From: an uncultured Oscillospiraceae bacterium
Lineage (GTDB): Bacteria; Bacillota; Clostridia; Oscillospirales; Oscillospiraceae
Direction: 5' to 3'
NCBI GenBank assembly: GCA_964634435.1
Contig: CAZWJM010000001.1
Location: 2,304-66,303, forward strand
Length of the DNA stretch: 64,000 bases
Every line of letters starts with the position of its first letter. The stretch's first letter is position 1. Below are positions 38,568-48,250 of the stretch, in pieces. A program made the translations under genes and the position numbers. The notes under the pieces were generated by a model. The model was not told the origin of the DNA. It was given only the letters and a program-made list of their open reading frames with translations, and searched no databases.

Positions 38568-39092
38568 ATGAGCGATAAAAATGTTGAGGTAATGGAACTT
38601 ATAGAAACTCTGTACACTATGGTGACAGAGGCGTGGGGCGTTCCGCTCGGCAACGACAAGTGCATTGTTGAGAGGGAAAATGTCCTTGAAATACTCAACG
38701 AGATAAAAACACGCATACCTGTGGAGCTTGCCGAGGCAAAGCGCCTTGTTTCCGCCCGTGATGAATTCATCGGAAACGCAAAGCGCGAGGCGGAGTCTAT
38801 CCGCAAGAACGCCGAGGATAAGGCCCGTGCCATGCTCGAAGAGCAGGAGATAGTCCGTGTTGCAAAGCAGCACAGCGCAGAGCTCGTTTCAAACGCAGAG
38901 TATAAGTCCAAGGAGCTGCGCCGCGTTGCAAACGAATATGTCGACGAGATACTCCGCCGCACGGAGGAGACAGTTGGTTCGGCGCTCAAGTCTATAAACG
39001 AATCGCGTGCAAGCTTCCGCAGTCTTGCAGGCTCTGCAACGCCGCCGCGTCCCGTGATGCCCGAGGCCGAGCAGAAGGACGTCGAGGAATAA
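38568..39092 (+). CDS. Hypothetical coiled-coil protein (about 174 aa); start at MSDKNV
   Basis: Charged heptad-rich sequence ...AKREAESIRKNAEDKARAMLEEQE.... Start abuts the coaD stop. A terminator follows. Confidence 0.5.
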   Translation: MSDKNVEVMELIETLYTMVTEAWGVPLGNDKCIVERENVLEILNEIKTRIPVELAEAKRLVSARDEFIGNAKREAESIRKNAEDKARAMLEEQEIVRVAKQHSAELVSNAEYKSKELRRVANEYVDEILRRTEETVGSALKSINESRASFRSLAGSATPPRPVMPEAEQKDVEE

Positions 39093-39106
39093 TCAGTTTG
39101 TTATAA

Positions 39107-39141
39107 ATATCAGGAGTCTGTCAGGCTCCTGATATTTTTTG
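39107..39141 (+). terminator. Rho-independent terminator upstream of the dcw cluster
   Basis: atatcaggag / ctcctgatat 10-bp stem followed by tttttt. Confidence 0.85.
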
Positions 39142-39159
39142 CGTGTAACCAAAATGTTC

Positions 39160-39188
39160 TTGATTTTTCGCATGGTAATCTCTATAAT
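39160..39188 (+). promoter_or_regulatory. Sigma-A promoter of the dcw cluster (Pmra)
   Basis: TTGATT-17 nt-TATAAT. Confidence 0.7.
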
Positions 39189-39194
39189 CAAATT

Positions 39195-39224
39195 AAAGTG
39201 GTGCGAAGTGGTGCAAAGTGCATC
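39195..39224 (+). promoter_or_regulatory. Three tandem 10-bp direct repeats, candidate MraZ operator
   Basis: AAAGTGGTGC / GAAGTGGTGC / AAAGTGCATC, starting 7 nt after the -10 hexamer. Confidence 0.6.
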
Positions 39225-39254
39225 GAAAAATCAGGAATTATGGAGGTGAGCGCG

Positions 39255-39671
39255 TTGACAGGCGAATACAGGCACAGTCTTGACAGCAAGGGCAGGGTGT
39301 TCATTCCCGCGAAGCTTCGCGAGGAGCTGGGTGATGTGTTTTATATCACGCTGTCGATGGATAGCTGCCTTTCGGCTTACAGTGCCGATAGCTGGAGCGA
39401 GTTTTCAGCCAAAGTAAACGCCATGAGCTATGTTAAGCAGCGCAAAATGCGCCCGCTTTTTGCGTATGCGGCAAAGTGCGAGCTTGATAACCAGGGCAGA
39501 ACGCTTATCCCCGCGCACCTTCGCGAATATGCGCATCTTACGAAAAACGTCACCATTATTGGCTGCAATAATCACGCCGAAATTTGGGACGAGGAGCAGT
39601 GGTCCAAGCTTTCCGAGAGCGAGATCACGCCCGAAAATATCGCCTCGGTCATGACCGAACTGGAGTTTTGA
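39255..39671 (+). CDS. mraZ: Transcriptional regulator MraZ (TTG start preferred; the ATG at 39240 is an alternative)
   Basis: (M)TGEYRHSLDSKGRVFIPAKLRE and second SpoVT/AbrB-like repeat LDNQGRTLIPAHLRE. GGAGGTG lies 7 nt upstream of the TTG. Confidence 0.85.
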   Translation: MTGEYRHSLDSKGRVFIPAKLREELGDVFYITLSMDSCLSAYSADSWSEFSAKVNAMSYVKQRKMRPLFAYAAKCELDNQGRTLIPAHLREYAHLTKNVTIIGCNNHAEIWDEEQWSKLSESEITPENIASVMTELEF

Positions 39672-39672
39672 T

Positions 39673-40611
39673 ATGGCAGAAGCAGCAAAGCACATATCAG
39701 TGCTTTTGAATGAATGTATAGAAAATCTTGATATAAAGCCTGATGGGATATATGTTGACGGAACGCTCGGCCTCGGCGGGCACTCAGAGCAGATACTAAA
39801 GCGGCTCACCGGCGGCAGGCTTATCGGCATCGACCGCGATGAAAGCGCTATCCGCCGCACTGGTGAGCGCCTTGAAGCATATAAGGACAAGATGACGCTC
39901 GTACACGGCAACTTTTGTGACGTTGCGCAGATACTCGACGAGCTTGGGATAGACGCGGTTGACGGTATGCTGTTTGACCTTGGCGTGTCCTCGCCGCAGC
40001 TTGACGAGGCACAGCGCGGATTTTCGTATATGAATGATGCCCCGCTTGACATGCGCATGGATAATACAAGTGCGCTGACAGCGTGGAGCGTCGTAAACGA
40101 TTGGGACGAGGCAGAGCTCACGCGGATACTTCGGGATTTTGGCGAGGAGAGATATGCCCGCCGTATTGCCTCCCGCATTGCTGAGCGCCGTGCGCAGAAG
40201 CCAATTGAGAGCACACTTGAGCTTGTGGATATAATCCGCTCTGCGATGCCTGCAGCGGCTCTGCGCGAAAAGCAGCATCCGGCAAAGCGCAGTTTTCAGG
40301 CGATACGAATCGCCGTAAACGATGAGCTCGGCGCGGTGGACAAGATGATGAAAACAGCACCCGATAAGCTCAAAAAGGGTGGAAGACTGTGCGTTATTAG
40401 CTTCCATTCACTCGAAGACAGAATAGTAAAAACAGGGATCGCCGCAAGGGAAAACGGCTGCACATGCCCGAGGGAAGCGCCGATATGCGTCTGTGGCTTT
40501 AAGCAGACTCTCAAGAGCGTTTACAGAAAGCCGATAGTTCCGGGAGAGGATGAGCTGGAATACAATCCGCGCGCGAGAAGCGCAAAGCTCCGCGTCGCCG
40601 AAAGGGTGTAA
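39673..40611 (+). CDS. rsmH: 16S rRNA (cytosine1402-N4)-methyltransferase
   Basis: HISVLLNE, DGTLGLGGHS, DLGVSSPQLD, ISFHSLEDR. Confidence 0.95.
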   Translation: MAEAAKHISVLLNECIENLDIKPDGIYVDGTLGLGGHSEQILKRLTGGRLIGIDRDESAIRRTGERLEAYKDKMTLVHGNFCDVAQILDELGIDAVDGMLFDLGVSSPQLDEAQRGFSYMNDAPLDMRMDNTSALTAWSVVNDWDEAELTRILRDFGEERYARRIASRIAERRAQKPIESTLELVDIIRSAMPAAALREKQHPAKRSFQAIRIAVNDELGAVDKMMKTAPDKLKKGGRLCVISFHSLEDRIVKTGIAARENGCTCPREAPICVCGFKQTLKSVYRKPIVPGEDELEYNPRARSAKLRVAERV

Positions 40612-40617
40612 TCCAAC

Positions 40618-41007
40618 TTGAAAAGTGCCGATATTTCGTTTGAATACGGCTCAAAAAGTGCAGATAATAGGCGCTCCGACAACGCCCCGACGCACTTTCG
40701 TGCGGTGGCCGGGAAAGTTATATTCATTGTCCTTTCCATAATAACGGCGGCAGTCATGCTCGCGTCGCTGTTTGCGAGAGTGGAGCTTATTCGGCTAAAC
40801 GGTGAGAATGTTGCACTCAGGCAGGAGCTTTCGGAGCTCAATGAGATAAATAAGCGCCTTTGCATCCGGTATGAATACGCGCAGGATCTTCAAAAGCTTG
40901 AAGAGCGCGCAAAAAATGAGCTTGGGATGCAGAGCATTGCGCAGATACATAAGGAAACGATAGACCCCGAGGTAGAGGATAAGGCGCAGATAATTAATAA
41001 TGGATAA
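40618..41007 (+). CDS. ftsL: FtsL-like cell-division protein (start uncertain, non-ATG)
   Basis: Single TM VIFIVLSIITAAVMLASLF followed by a leucine-zipper-like coiled coil. Positioned between rsmH and the PBP gene. Confidence 0.6.
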   Translation: MKSADISFEYGSKSADNRRSDNAPTHFRAVAGKVIFIVLSIITAAVMLASLFARVELIRLNGENVALRQELSELNEINKRLCIRYEYAQDLQKLEERAKNELGMQSIAQIHKETIDPEVEDKAQIINNG

Positions 41008-41070
41008 GCTGCATATTTCGCCAAAAGGCAAATAGTATTTAATAATACAATTTGCCGTGAAGGAGCAGCT

Positions 41071-43401
41071 ATGCGCAGAACACTTAATAAAAAACAAGAC
41101 AGCAGCCCCAGCAGGACTATGCTCCGCCGCACACTTTTTCTCATGGCAGTGTGCGGCATACTTGCCTTTTTGGCGCTTGGCGCGCGGTTGTATGTGCTGC
41201 AGATAAGAGATCACGATAAATACGAAGAGCTTGCCATAAGCCAGCAGCTCCGCGAAACGGGAGCCTCGGCCGAGCGCGGTACGATATACGACTGCAACAT
41301 GAATATCCTCGCCATGAGCGCAAATGTCGACAATGTGTATCTGAGCCCTGCGGAGATAGCGATGTACGACGAGGACAGGGAGCTTATTGCAGATAAGCTT
41401 TCCGATATACTTGGGCTTGCCCGCGAGGAGATACTGAAAAAGACCGAAAATAACGGCTCGTGGTATGTAACAGTTGCACGCAAGGTTGAAAAGGAAACGG
41501 CCGATAAGGTAAGGGCGTTTAAAAGCGAATACGGCTTAAAGGGAGTGCGCCTTGAAAGTGATACAAAGCGGTACTATCCGTATTCCTCGCTTGCCTGTCA
41601 CGTCATAGGCTTTGTCGGAACGGATAACTTCGGGCTCGACGGGGTGGAGGCACAGTATGACTCCGCGCTGTCGGGAACGTCGGGCAAATATATGCGCCTT
41701 GCAAACGCCTATGGCACCGACCTGCTGTTTGAGCAATATGAGGGCTACACGGGCGCCGAAAACGGCTGCGACCTTGTTACGACGCTAGATCTTACGATAC
41801 AGCACTATGTTGAAAAAACGCTGTATCAGGCCGTTGAGGATTACGATATCCAAAACGGCGCGGGTGCAATCGCGATGGATGTTAAAACGGGCAAGATCCT
41901 TGCAATGGCGTCTATAGGCGGGTATGACCTCAATAACTTCCTTGATGTCAGCGACGAGGCCAAAGCCGCGATAGACGGAGCGTCAACACCTGAGGAGGCA
42001 GATCAGCTCCTTGCCGACGCACAGCGCCTGCAATGGCGCAATAAGACCCTTTCGGACACATATGAACCGGGGTCGACGTTTAAAATAATAACGCTTTCCA
42101 TGGCCCTTGAGGAGGGCAAGGTGAGCCTTGATGACAGCTTCTTTTGCTCAGGCTCAGTTCAGGTGCAGGGCAGAACCAATCCCGTCCGCTGCTGGAAGTC
42201 CGGCGGGCATGGCTCGCAAAACCTCACTCAGGCAGTGCAGCATTCATGCAACGCAGCCTTTGTGAACATTGGCCTTCGCGTCGGCGCGCAGACGTTTTAT
42301 AAATACTGCGATGCGTTTGGCTTACTAAAGCTCACGGGCGATAAGTCCGAGCAGCTGACGGCGAAAACCGGCATCGACCTTGGCGGCGAGAGCGGCAGCA
42401 TATGGTGGAGCGAGGACACCTTCTACAGCGAGAAGAACAAGTCCCAGCTTGCGGCGGCCTCATTCGGCCAGACCTTCACCATAACCCCGCTGCAGCTTAT
42501 AACCGCGGTAAGCGCATGCGTAAACGGCGGATATCTCATGCAGCCGTACATCGTAGAAAGTTTACTGGACGAAGACGGCAATACGGTGTATAATCATAAG
42601 CCGACAGTGCTTCGTCAGGTCATAAGCGAGCAGACGAGCAAAACGGTCTGCTCGATCCTCGAGCAGGTAGTCGGCGACCCGAATGACGGCACGGGGCGCA
42701 ACGCGGCCGTCGCGGGCTACCGCATAGGCGGCAAGACCGGCACCTCCGAAAAGGTGAGCTTTGAGGCTCAGACCGGCAAAAAGGAATACATCGTTTCATT
42801 TGTCGGCTTTGCTCCGGCTGATGACCCGCAGATAGCACTGCTTGTGCTGCTCGACACGCCGGGCACGGAGTCGGGTGTTTACATCTCGGGCGGTCAGATG
42901 GCAGCGCCGACAGTTGGCAAAATGTTTGCCGATATCCTGCCGTACATGGGCATCGAGCCTGAATACGACGCCTCGGATGCCGATAAAATTGACCGCGCAG
43001 TTCCCGAGATTTCGGGGCTTACGATAGAAAAGGCGAGGGCAAAGCTTTCAGAAAGCGGCTTTGAATGCCGGGTCATCGGCGCGGGAGGAACCGTCACAAA
43101 CCAGCTTCCGCATGCAAACACGGTCATAGCAGCCGGCAGCACGGTCATTGTCTATGCAGACGCAAGCCCATCGACGGTCATGCAGACCATGCCGAGCATA
43201 AATGGTCTTAGCTATGCCGAGGCGATAAAAGAGCTTAGTAAATACGGCGTTTTCGTGCGCTCTGACAGCGTTATTCTCGATGCGCAGAGGCAGAGCGTGC
43301 TGACGCAGAGCATAAAAGCCGGATCGGACGTAAGACCCGGTACGGTCATTGAGGTCACGCTGCTTTCCGACAGTGACGAGAGCATGCTGGGCAGATACTG
43401 A
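41071..43401 (+). CDS. Class B penicillin-binding protein with two C-terminal PASTA domains (SpoVD/PBP2B type)
   Basis: SxxK GSTFKI, SxN HSCN, KTG GKTGTS, then two PASTA repeats. 776 aa. Confidence 0.9.
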   Translation: MRRTLNKKQDSSPSRTMLRRTLFLMAVCGILAFLALGARLYVLQIRDHDKYEELAISQQLRETGASAERGTIYDCNMNILAMSANVDNVYLSPAEIAMYDEDRELIADKLSDILGLAREEILKKTENNGSWYVTVARKVEKETADKVRAFKSEYGLKGVRLESDTKRYYPYSSLACHVIGFVGTDNFGLDGVEAQYDSALSGTSGKYMRLANAYGTDLLFEQYEGYTGAENGCDLVTTLDLTIQHYVEKTLYQAVEDYDIQNGAGAIAMDVKTGKILAMASIGGYDLNNFLDVSDEAKAAIDGASTPEEADQLLADAQRLQWRNKTLSDTYEPGSTFKIITLSMALEEGKVSLDDSFFCSGSVQVQGRTNPVRCWKSGGHGSQNLTQAVQHSCNAAFVNIGLRVGAQTFYKYCDAFGLLKLTGDKSEQLTAKTGIDLGGESGSIWWSEDTFYSEKNKSQLAAASFGQTFTITPLQLITAVSACVNGGYLMQPYIVESLLDEDGNTVYNHKPTVLRQVISEQTSKTVCSILEQVVGDPNDGTGRNAAVAGYRIGGKTGTSEKVSFEAQTGKKEYIVSFVGFAPADDPQIALLVLLDTPGTESGVYISGGQMAAPTVGKMFADILPYMGIEPEYDASDADKIDRAVPEISGLTIEKARAKLSESGFECRVIGAGGTVTNQLPHANTVIAAGSTVIVYADASPSTVMQTMPSINGLSYAEAIKELSKYGVFVRSDSVILDAQRQSVLTQSIKAGSDVRPGTVIEVTLLSDSDESMLGRY

Positions 43402-43410
43402 TGAAAAAGG

Positions 43411-44880
43411 ATGATAAGTATGAAATTATCACAGCTTATAAAGGGCATAGAGGTAAAAACGCTGGCCGCTGACCCTGAGTGCGAAATTGGCGGAGTAAGC
43501 TACGATTCGCGCAATGTTAAGCCAGGCGATGTGTTTGTCGCAATATCGGGCTTTGCCACCGACGGGTATAAATTCATCCCCTCGGCCGTTGAAAACGGCG
43601 CATGCGTCGTAATAAGCGACAGAGTGCCGCAGGTCGATGTGCCTTATATTCTCGTCTCCGACTGCCGCCTTGCGCTTGCGCTCATAAGCCGCAGCTACTT
43701 CGGCGCCCCCGCAAGCGAAATGACAGTCATCGGCGTCACCGGCACAAACGGCAAGACCACGACGACATATCTGTTAAAGCACCTGCTTGAAACTGCATGC
43801 GGCGCCAAGGTCGGACTTATCGGCACAAACGGCAATATGATAGGCGATGAGTTTATCCACACAGAGCGCACAACGCCCGAAAGCTTTGAGCTTCAGCAGC
43901 TTTTCCGTCAGATGAAAGATGCCGGCTGCACGCACGTCGTCATGGAGGTATCGTCCCACTCGCTCGTTTTGAGCCGTGTTGGAGGTATTGAATTTACCGT
44001 CGGCGCGTTTACGAATCTGACGCAGGATCATCTTGATTTCCACCATACGATGGAGGAGTATGCCGATGCGAAGGCACTGCTGTTTAAGGTCTGCCGCACA
44101 GGCTGCATAAATGCCGACGATGCGTGGGCAGCGCGCATGACAGACAATGCTTCGTGCAAGCTCATAACTTATTCAGCTTCCGGCGCTAAGGCCGCGCTCA
44201 TAGCCGAGGATATAAGCCTTTCGGCCCGCGGCGTTTCGTTCACTGCCTGCTATGAGGGCAAGAGCGCTGCCGTAAGCCTTGCAATACCGGGAAAGTTTTC
44301 GGTTTACAACGCGCTTAACACCATAAGTGTCGGCCTTGCGCTCGGTATTGGCCTTGAGGAATGTGCTGAAGCATTAAAAACCGCAAGCGGCGTTAAAGGA
44401 CGCATGGAGCTCGTTCCAACGGACGGAGATTATACAATAGTCATAGATTATGCCCACACGCCCGATGCTCTGGAGAATGCCCTGAAAGCCCTCAGAGTAA
44501 ACGCCTCCGGCCGCCTCGTCGTGCTGTTTGGCTGCGGCGGCGACAGGGACAGGACAAAGCGCCCGATAATGGGCTCAATAGCGGCGGACAATGCCGATTT
44601 TGTCATCGTAACGAGCGATAACCCCCGCACAGAGCAGCCGCAGGCCATAATCGATGAGATACTTGTCGGTCTCGAGGGTAAGGACTGCGAGCATATTGCT
44701 ATATGCGACAGGGCAGAGGCAATAAAATGGGCAATTGACAAGCATAGGGCAAATGATGTAATATTGCTTGCCGGAAAAGGTCACGAGGACTATCAGGTCG
44801 TCGGCCATGAAAAGCATCACATGGACGAGCGCGAGATAGTTGCAGAACATATAGAGAAGAGGAAAAGAAAATGTCTTTAA
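43411..44880 (+). CDS. murE: UDP-N-acetylmuramoyl-L-alanyl-D-glutamate--2,6-diaminopimelate ligase
   Basis: GVTGTNGKTTT P-loop. DNPR motif (SDNPRTE) indicates the meso-DAP-adding type. Confidence 0.92.
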   Translation: MISMKLSQLIKGIEVKTLAADPECEIGGVSYDSRNVKPGDVFVAISGFATDGYKFIPSAVENGACVVISDRVPQVDVPYILVSDCRLALALISRSYFGAPASEMTVIGVTGTNGKTTTTYLLKHLLETACGAKVGLIGTNGNMIGDEFIHTERTTPESFELQQLFRQMKDAGCTHVVMEVSSHSLVLSRVGGIEFTVGAFTNLTQDHLDFHHTMEEYADAKALLFKVCRTGCINADDAWAARMTDNASCKLITYSASGAKAALIAEDISLSARGVSFTACYEGKSAAVSLAIPGKFSVYNALNTISVGLALGIGLEECAEALKTASGVKGRMELVPTDGDYTIVIDYAHTPDALENALKALRVNASGRLVVLFGCGGDRDRTKRPIMGSIAADNADFVIVTSDNPRTEQPQAIIDEILVGLEGKDCEHIAICDRAEAIKWAIDKHRANDVILLAGKGHEDYQVVGHEKHHMDEREIVAEHIEKRKRKCL

Positions 44881-45884
44881 AGCTTACGCTTGCGCTGGTC
44901 ATGGCGTTCATAACCGCTGTGATAGTGGGCAAATTCTACGTTCCCTGGCTTAGAAAAGTTAAAGCCGGTCAGGAGATAAAGGAAAACGGGCCGACATGGC
45001 ACATGTCCAAGTCCGGAACACCGACGATGGGCGGCGTCATGTTCATAAGCGCCTGTGCCCTCGTGTGCCTGACGGTCGGCTTTGAATCCATGCGCAAGGG
45101 CGATTATACGCATATATTCGTCCTGCTGTTTGCGCTGGTGTTCGGCGCGATTGGCTTTCTTGACGACTGGGAGAAGCTTCGCAAGAAGCAGAACCTCGGC
45201 CTGAGCGCAAAGGCAAAGTTTTTGTTGCAGCTTGTCGCGGCGCTGGTTTTCGTCCTGCTGCTGAGAAAGCTAGGATATATATCGACAAGGCTGTATATCC
45301 CGTTCTGGAACGTCGATGTCAATATCCCTGAGGTGCTGTATTTTATTCTCGCCGCTTTTATCATCGTCGGAACGGTAAATGCTGTGAATATCACAGACGG
45401 CGTTGACGGTCTTGCAAGCGGAACGTCGATACCCGTATTCCTGTTTTTCGTCGCCGTTACCTTCCTTTGGGGCGATAAGTACCTGTCGCTTGGCATATTC
45501 GCCTCGGCTATCGTCGGCGGACTAATGGGCTTTTTGGTGTATAACTTTAATCCCGCGCAGGTTTTTATGGGCGACACGGGCTCACTGTTTCTCGGCGGTG
45601 CGGTAGCAGCTCTTGCATTTGCGTATGATATGCCGCTTATTCTCGTAACGCTCGGCATAGTATATATCATCGAAACGCTTTCGGATATAATCCAGATTAC
45701 CTACTTTAAGCTCACCCACGGCAAGCGCATTTTCAAGATGGCGCCGTTTCACCACCACCTCGAAATGGGCGGCTGGACGGGCAAGAAGTGGAAGGAAAAA
45801 GAGCTTTTTGCACTTTTTACTTCCGTGTCCCTTGTTTTTGCAATAATTTCGTTCATAGGAATATATAATCGTTTCCAGCTCTGA
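44871..45884 (+). CDS. mraY: Phospho-N-acetylmuramoyl-pentapeptide transferase
   Basis: PTMGG, NAVNITDGVDGLA, MGDTGSLFLGG, APFHHHLE. Confidence 0.95.
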   Translation: MSLKLTLALVMAFITAVIVGKFYVPWLRKVKAGQEIKENGPTWHMSKSGTPTMGGVMFISACALVCLTVGFESMRKGDYTHIFVLLFALVFGAIGFLDDWEKLRKKQNLGLSAKAKFLLQLVAALVFVLLLRKLGYISTRLYIPFWNVDVNIPEVLYFILAAFIIVGTVNAVNITDGVDGLASGTSIPVFLFFVAVTFLWGDKYLSLGIFASAIVGGLMGFLVYNFNPAQVFMGDTGSLFLGGAVAALAFAYDMPLILVTLGIVYIIETLSDIIQITYFKLTHGKRIFKMAPFHHHLEMGGWTGKKWKEKELFALFTSVSLVFAIISFIGIYNRFQL

Positions 45885-45901
45885 TAACGGAGGATGCACC
45901 T

Positions 45902-47062
45902 ATGCAGTACGGCAGTGCCGAGCTCAGGATAAGGGAAACGAAAGATAAAACAAAGCGCGGGGGAATGGACATATCGTTCCTCGCGCTTGTTATGATACTT
46001 TTGACCGTCGGAGTTACAATGGTGCTGTCGGCAAGCTTTGCAAGGGCGTATTACGACCCGGGCGGAGTTACCGGCGGCGAGCCTGCCTATTACTTCATAA
46101 GGCAATTCATATTTGCGTTTTTGGGCATCGCGGCGATGATAGTCTGCTCAAGGCTGCCCGTCGGCTTTTATAAGCGCTTTGCTGTGCCGCTGCTTGTTGC
46201 GGCAATTATACTGCTGGCGCTTGTTCCGCTAATTGGCTCAACTGCAAACGGGGCAAAGCGATGGATAGGCTTTGGCTCATTGTCTGTCCAGCCCTCGGAG
46301 ATGGCGAAGATCGGTGTGATCCTCGCCTTTGCGAGCATGATATGCTCCCGCAGAGGTAAGATGCTGAGCTTTCGACATGGCATATTGCCATTTGCTGCTA
46401 TACTAATCATCATTGTCGGCCTGCTTGTACTGGAGCCGCATTTTTCGGCGTCTATCATAATTATCGCAATCGGCGGCGTTATGCTGTTTCTCGGCGGGGC
46501 GCGGCTTATATGGTTCGTTGCGGCTGCAGTTGCAGCAGTCGGCGGGATAACCGTGCTGCTAACCTTGTTCCCATATGCTTCAACTCGCATAAGCACATGG
46601 CGTGACCCATTTGCTTCGACCTCGGACGAGGGGTATCAGATAGTTCAGTCGCTGTATTCTATTGGCTCGGGCGGCCTTACGGGACTCGGACTCGGGCAGA
46701 GCAGGCAGAAGTATCTGTATTTGCCGGAGGAGCATAACGATTTCATCTTTTCCGTCGTTTGCGAGGAGCTTGGATTTATAGGTGCTGCTCTTATACTTGT
46801 ACTGTTTGCGCTTTTAATTATTCGCGGCTACTGGATAGCCATAAATTCACGCGACAGATTCAGCTTTTTGGTGAGCGCGGGCATAACCACGCTGCTTGCC
46901 ATACAGGTTATTCTTAATGTCGCCGTTGTCACAAATCTTGTGCCCTGCACGGGCATATCACTGCCGTTTTTCAGCTATGGCGGCACGGCGCTGCTTATGC
47001 AGATGGCCGAAATGGGGATAATCCTCAGCATTTCAAGAGATATTCCGGCAAAGGGAGGATAG
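45902..47062 (+). CDS. ftsW: SEDS family peptidoglycan glycosyltransferase FtsW/SpoVE (true start may be internal, around 45965)
   Basis: About 10 TM segments. ...SVQPSEMAKI..., ...PEEHNDFIFSV..., ...GISLPFFSYGGTA... Confidence 0.88.
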   Translation: MQYGSAELRIRETKDKTKRGGMDISFLALVMILLTVGVTMVLSASFARAYYDPGGVTGGEPAYYFIRQFIFAFLGIAAMIVCSRLPVGFYKRFAVPLLVAAIILLALVPLIGSTANGAKRWIGFGSLSVQPSEMAKIGVILAFASMICSRRGKMLSFRHGILPFAAILIIIVGLLVLEPHFSASIIIIAIGGVMLFLGGARLIWFVAAAVAAVGGITVLLTLFPYASTRISTWRDPFASTSDEGYQIVQSLYSIGSGGLTGLGLGQSRQKYLYLPEEHNDFIFSVVCEELGFIGAALILVLFALLIIRGYWIAINSRDRFSFLVSAGITTLLAIQVILNVAVVTNLVPCTGISLPFFSYGGTALLMQMAEMGIILSISRDIPAKGG

Positions 47063-47065
47063 GAT

Positions 47066-48190
47066 ATGAGAATAATATTTGCCTGCGGCGGTACCGCGGG
47101 GCATATCAATCCGGCTCTCGCAGTGGCAGGCAGGATAAAGCAGCTCATGCCGGACAGTGAGTTCCTTTTCATCGGTGCTGTAGGGCAGATGGAGTCTGAC
47201 CTCGTGCCCCGCGCAGGATATAAGATAGAAACCATTCGTGTGCGCGGTATGAGCCGCGAGAAAAACCTCGGCGGCCTTTTGCACAACATAAGCGCCGTTT
47301 ACCATCTTATCCGCTCGACTATAATTTCAAAGCGGATAATTAAGCGCTTTAAGCCTGATGTCGTCGTCGGAACAGGCGGATATGTCTGCTATCCGGTTTT
47401 AAAGGCGGCGTCCATGCTCGGCATACCCACCGCCGTGCATGAGAGCAATGCCGATCCCGGGCTTACGACCCGCATGCTCTCCGGCATTGTGGACACTATT
47501 ATGCTCGGCTTTGAGGAAAGCCGCAAATTCTATAAAAATCCCGAAAAGACCGTTGTTACGGGTACTCCCGTGAGAGGCGAGTTTTCGGACTATTCCAAAA
47601 ACGCGGCGAAGGCCGAGCTTGGCCTTCCGCTTGATAAGCCGCTGGTCGTGTCTGTGTGGGGCTCACTGGGGGCTGAGAATATGAACGATGTAATGTGCCG
47701 CTTTATTGAGCTTGCCGGAAACAGACCGGGCTTTACGCTTATACACTCGGCCGGTATAGAAGGCTATGAGAAGATGGTCACAAAGCTGCGCGAGACCGTT
47801 CCCGCGTATGAGAAAAACGGCATGGATGTGCGAGAGTATATATACGATATGCCGCGCGTAATGGCGGCGGCTGACCTTGTGCTCTGCCGTGCCGGTGCGT
47901 CGACGATATCGGAGCTTACATATATGCATAAGCCGACGATATTCGTTCCGTCGCCGTTTGTTACGAATAACCACCAGTTCAAGAACGCAAAGGTCGTTGA
48001 GGATGCCGGCGGCGCACTCATATTTGAAGAGGGCTGGTTTGAGCCCAAGGAGCTTTTAAATTCCGTTAAGGATATACTATCCTCAAAGGAAAAGCTCGAA
48101 GCCATGTCCAAGGCTATGGAGCGCCTTGCGCGTCCCGAAGCGACCGACATGATATGCGACAGAATATTATCTCTGTGCGAAAGTAAATAA
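47066..48190 (+). CDS. murG: Undecaprenyldiphospho-muramoylpentapeptide beta-N-acetylglucosaminyltransferase
   Basis: GGTAGHINPALA and ...CRAGASTISELT.... 374 aa. Confidence 0.92.
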   Translation: MRIIFACGGTAGHINPALAVAGRIKQLMPDSEFLFIGAVGQMESDLVPRAGYKIETIRVRGMSREKNLGGLLHNISAVYHLIRSTIISKRIIKRFKPDVVVGTGGYVCYPVLKAASMLGIPTAVHESNADPGLTTRMLSGIVDTIMLGFEESRKFYKNPEKTVVTGTPVRGEFSDYSKNAAKAELGLPLDKPLVVSVWGSLGAENMNDVMCRFIELAGNRPGFTLIHSAGIEGYEKMVTKLRETVPAYEKNGMDVREYIYDMPRVMAAADLVLCRAGASTISELTYMHKPTIFVPSPFVTNNHQFKNAKVVEDAGGALIFEEGWFEPKELLNSVKDILSSKEKLEAMSKAMERLARPEATDMICDRILSLCESK

Positions 48191-48250
48191 CAAAAACAGA
48201 CCTCGCGGCATAGAATGGCATGATCTAAGTTCTTTCTGCGAGGTTTATTT

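Noticed and set aside
39198-39254. Track start codon for mraZ at 39198 (and the ATG at 39240)
   Set aside because: 39198 lies inside the operator-like repeats only 10 nt after the -10 box, so it would be essentially leaderless with an atypical 19-aa extension. The TTG at 39255 has a GGAGGTG RBS and gives a canonical MraZ N-terminus. The ATG at 39240 cannot be excluded.
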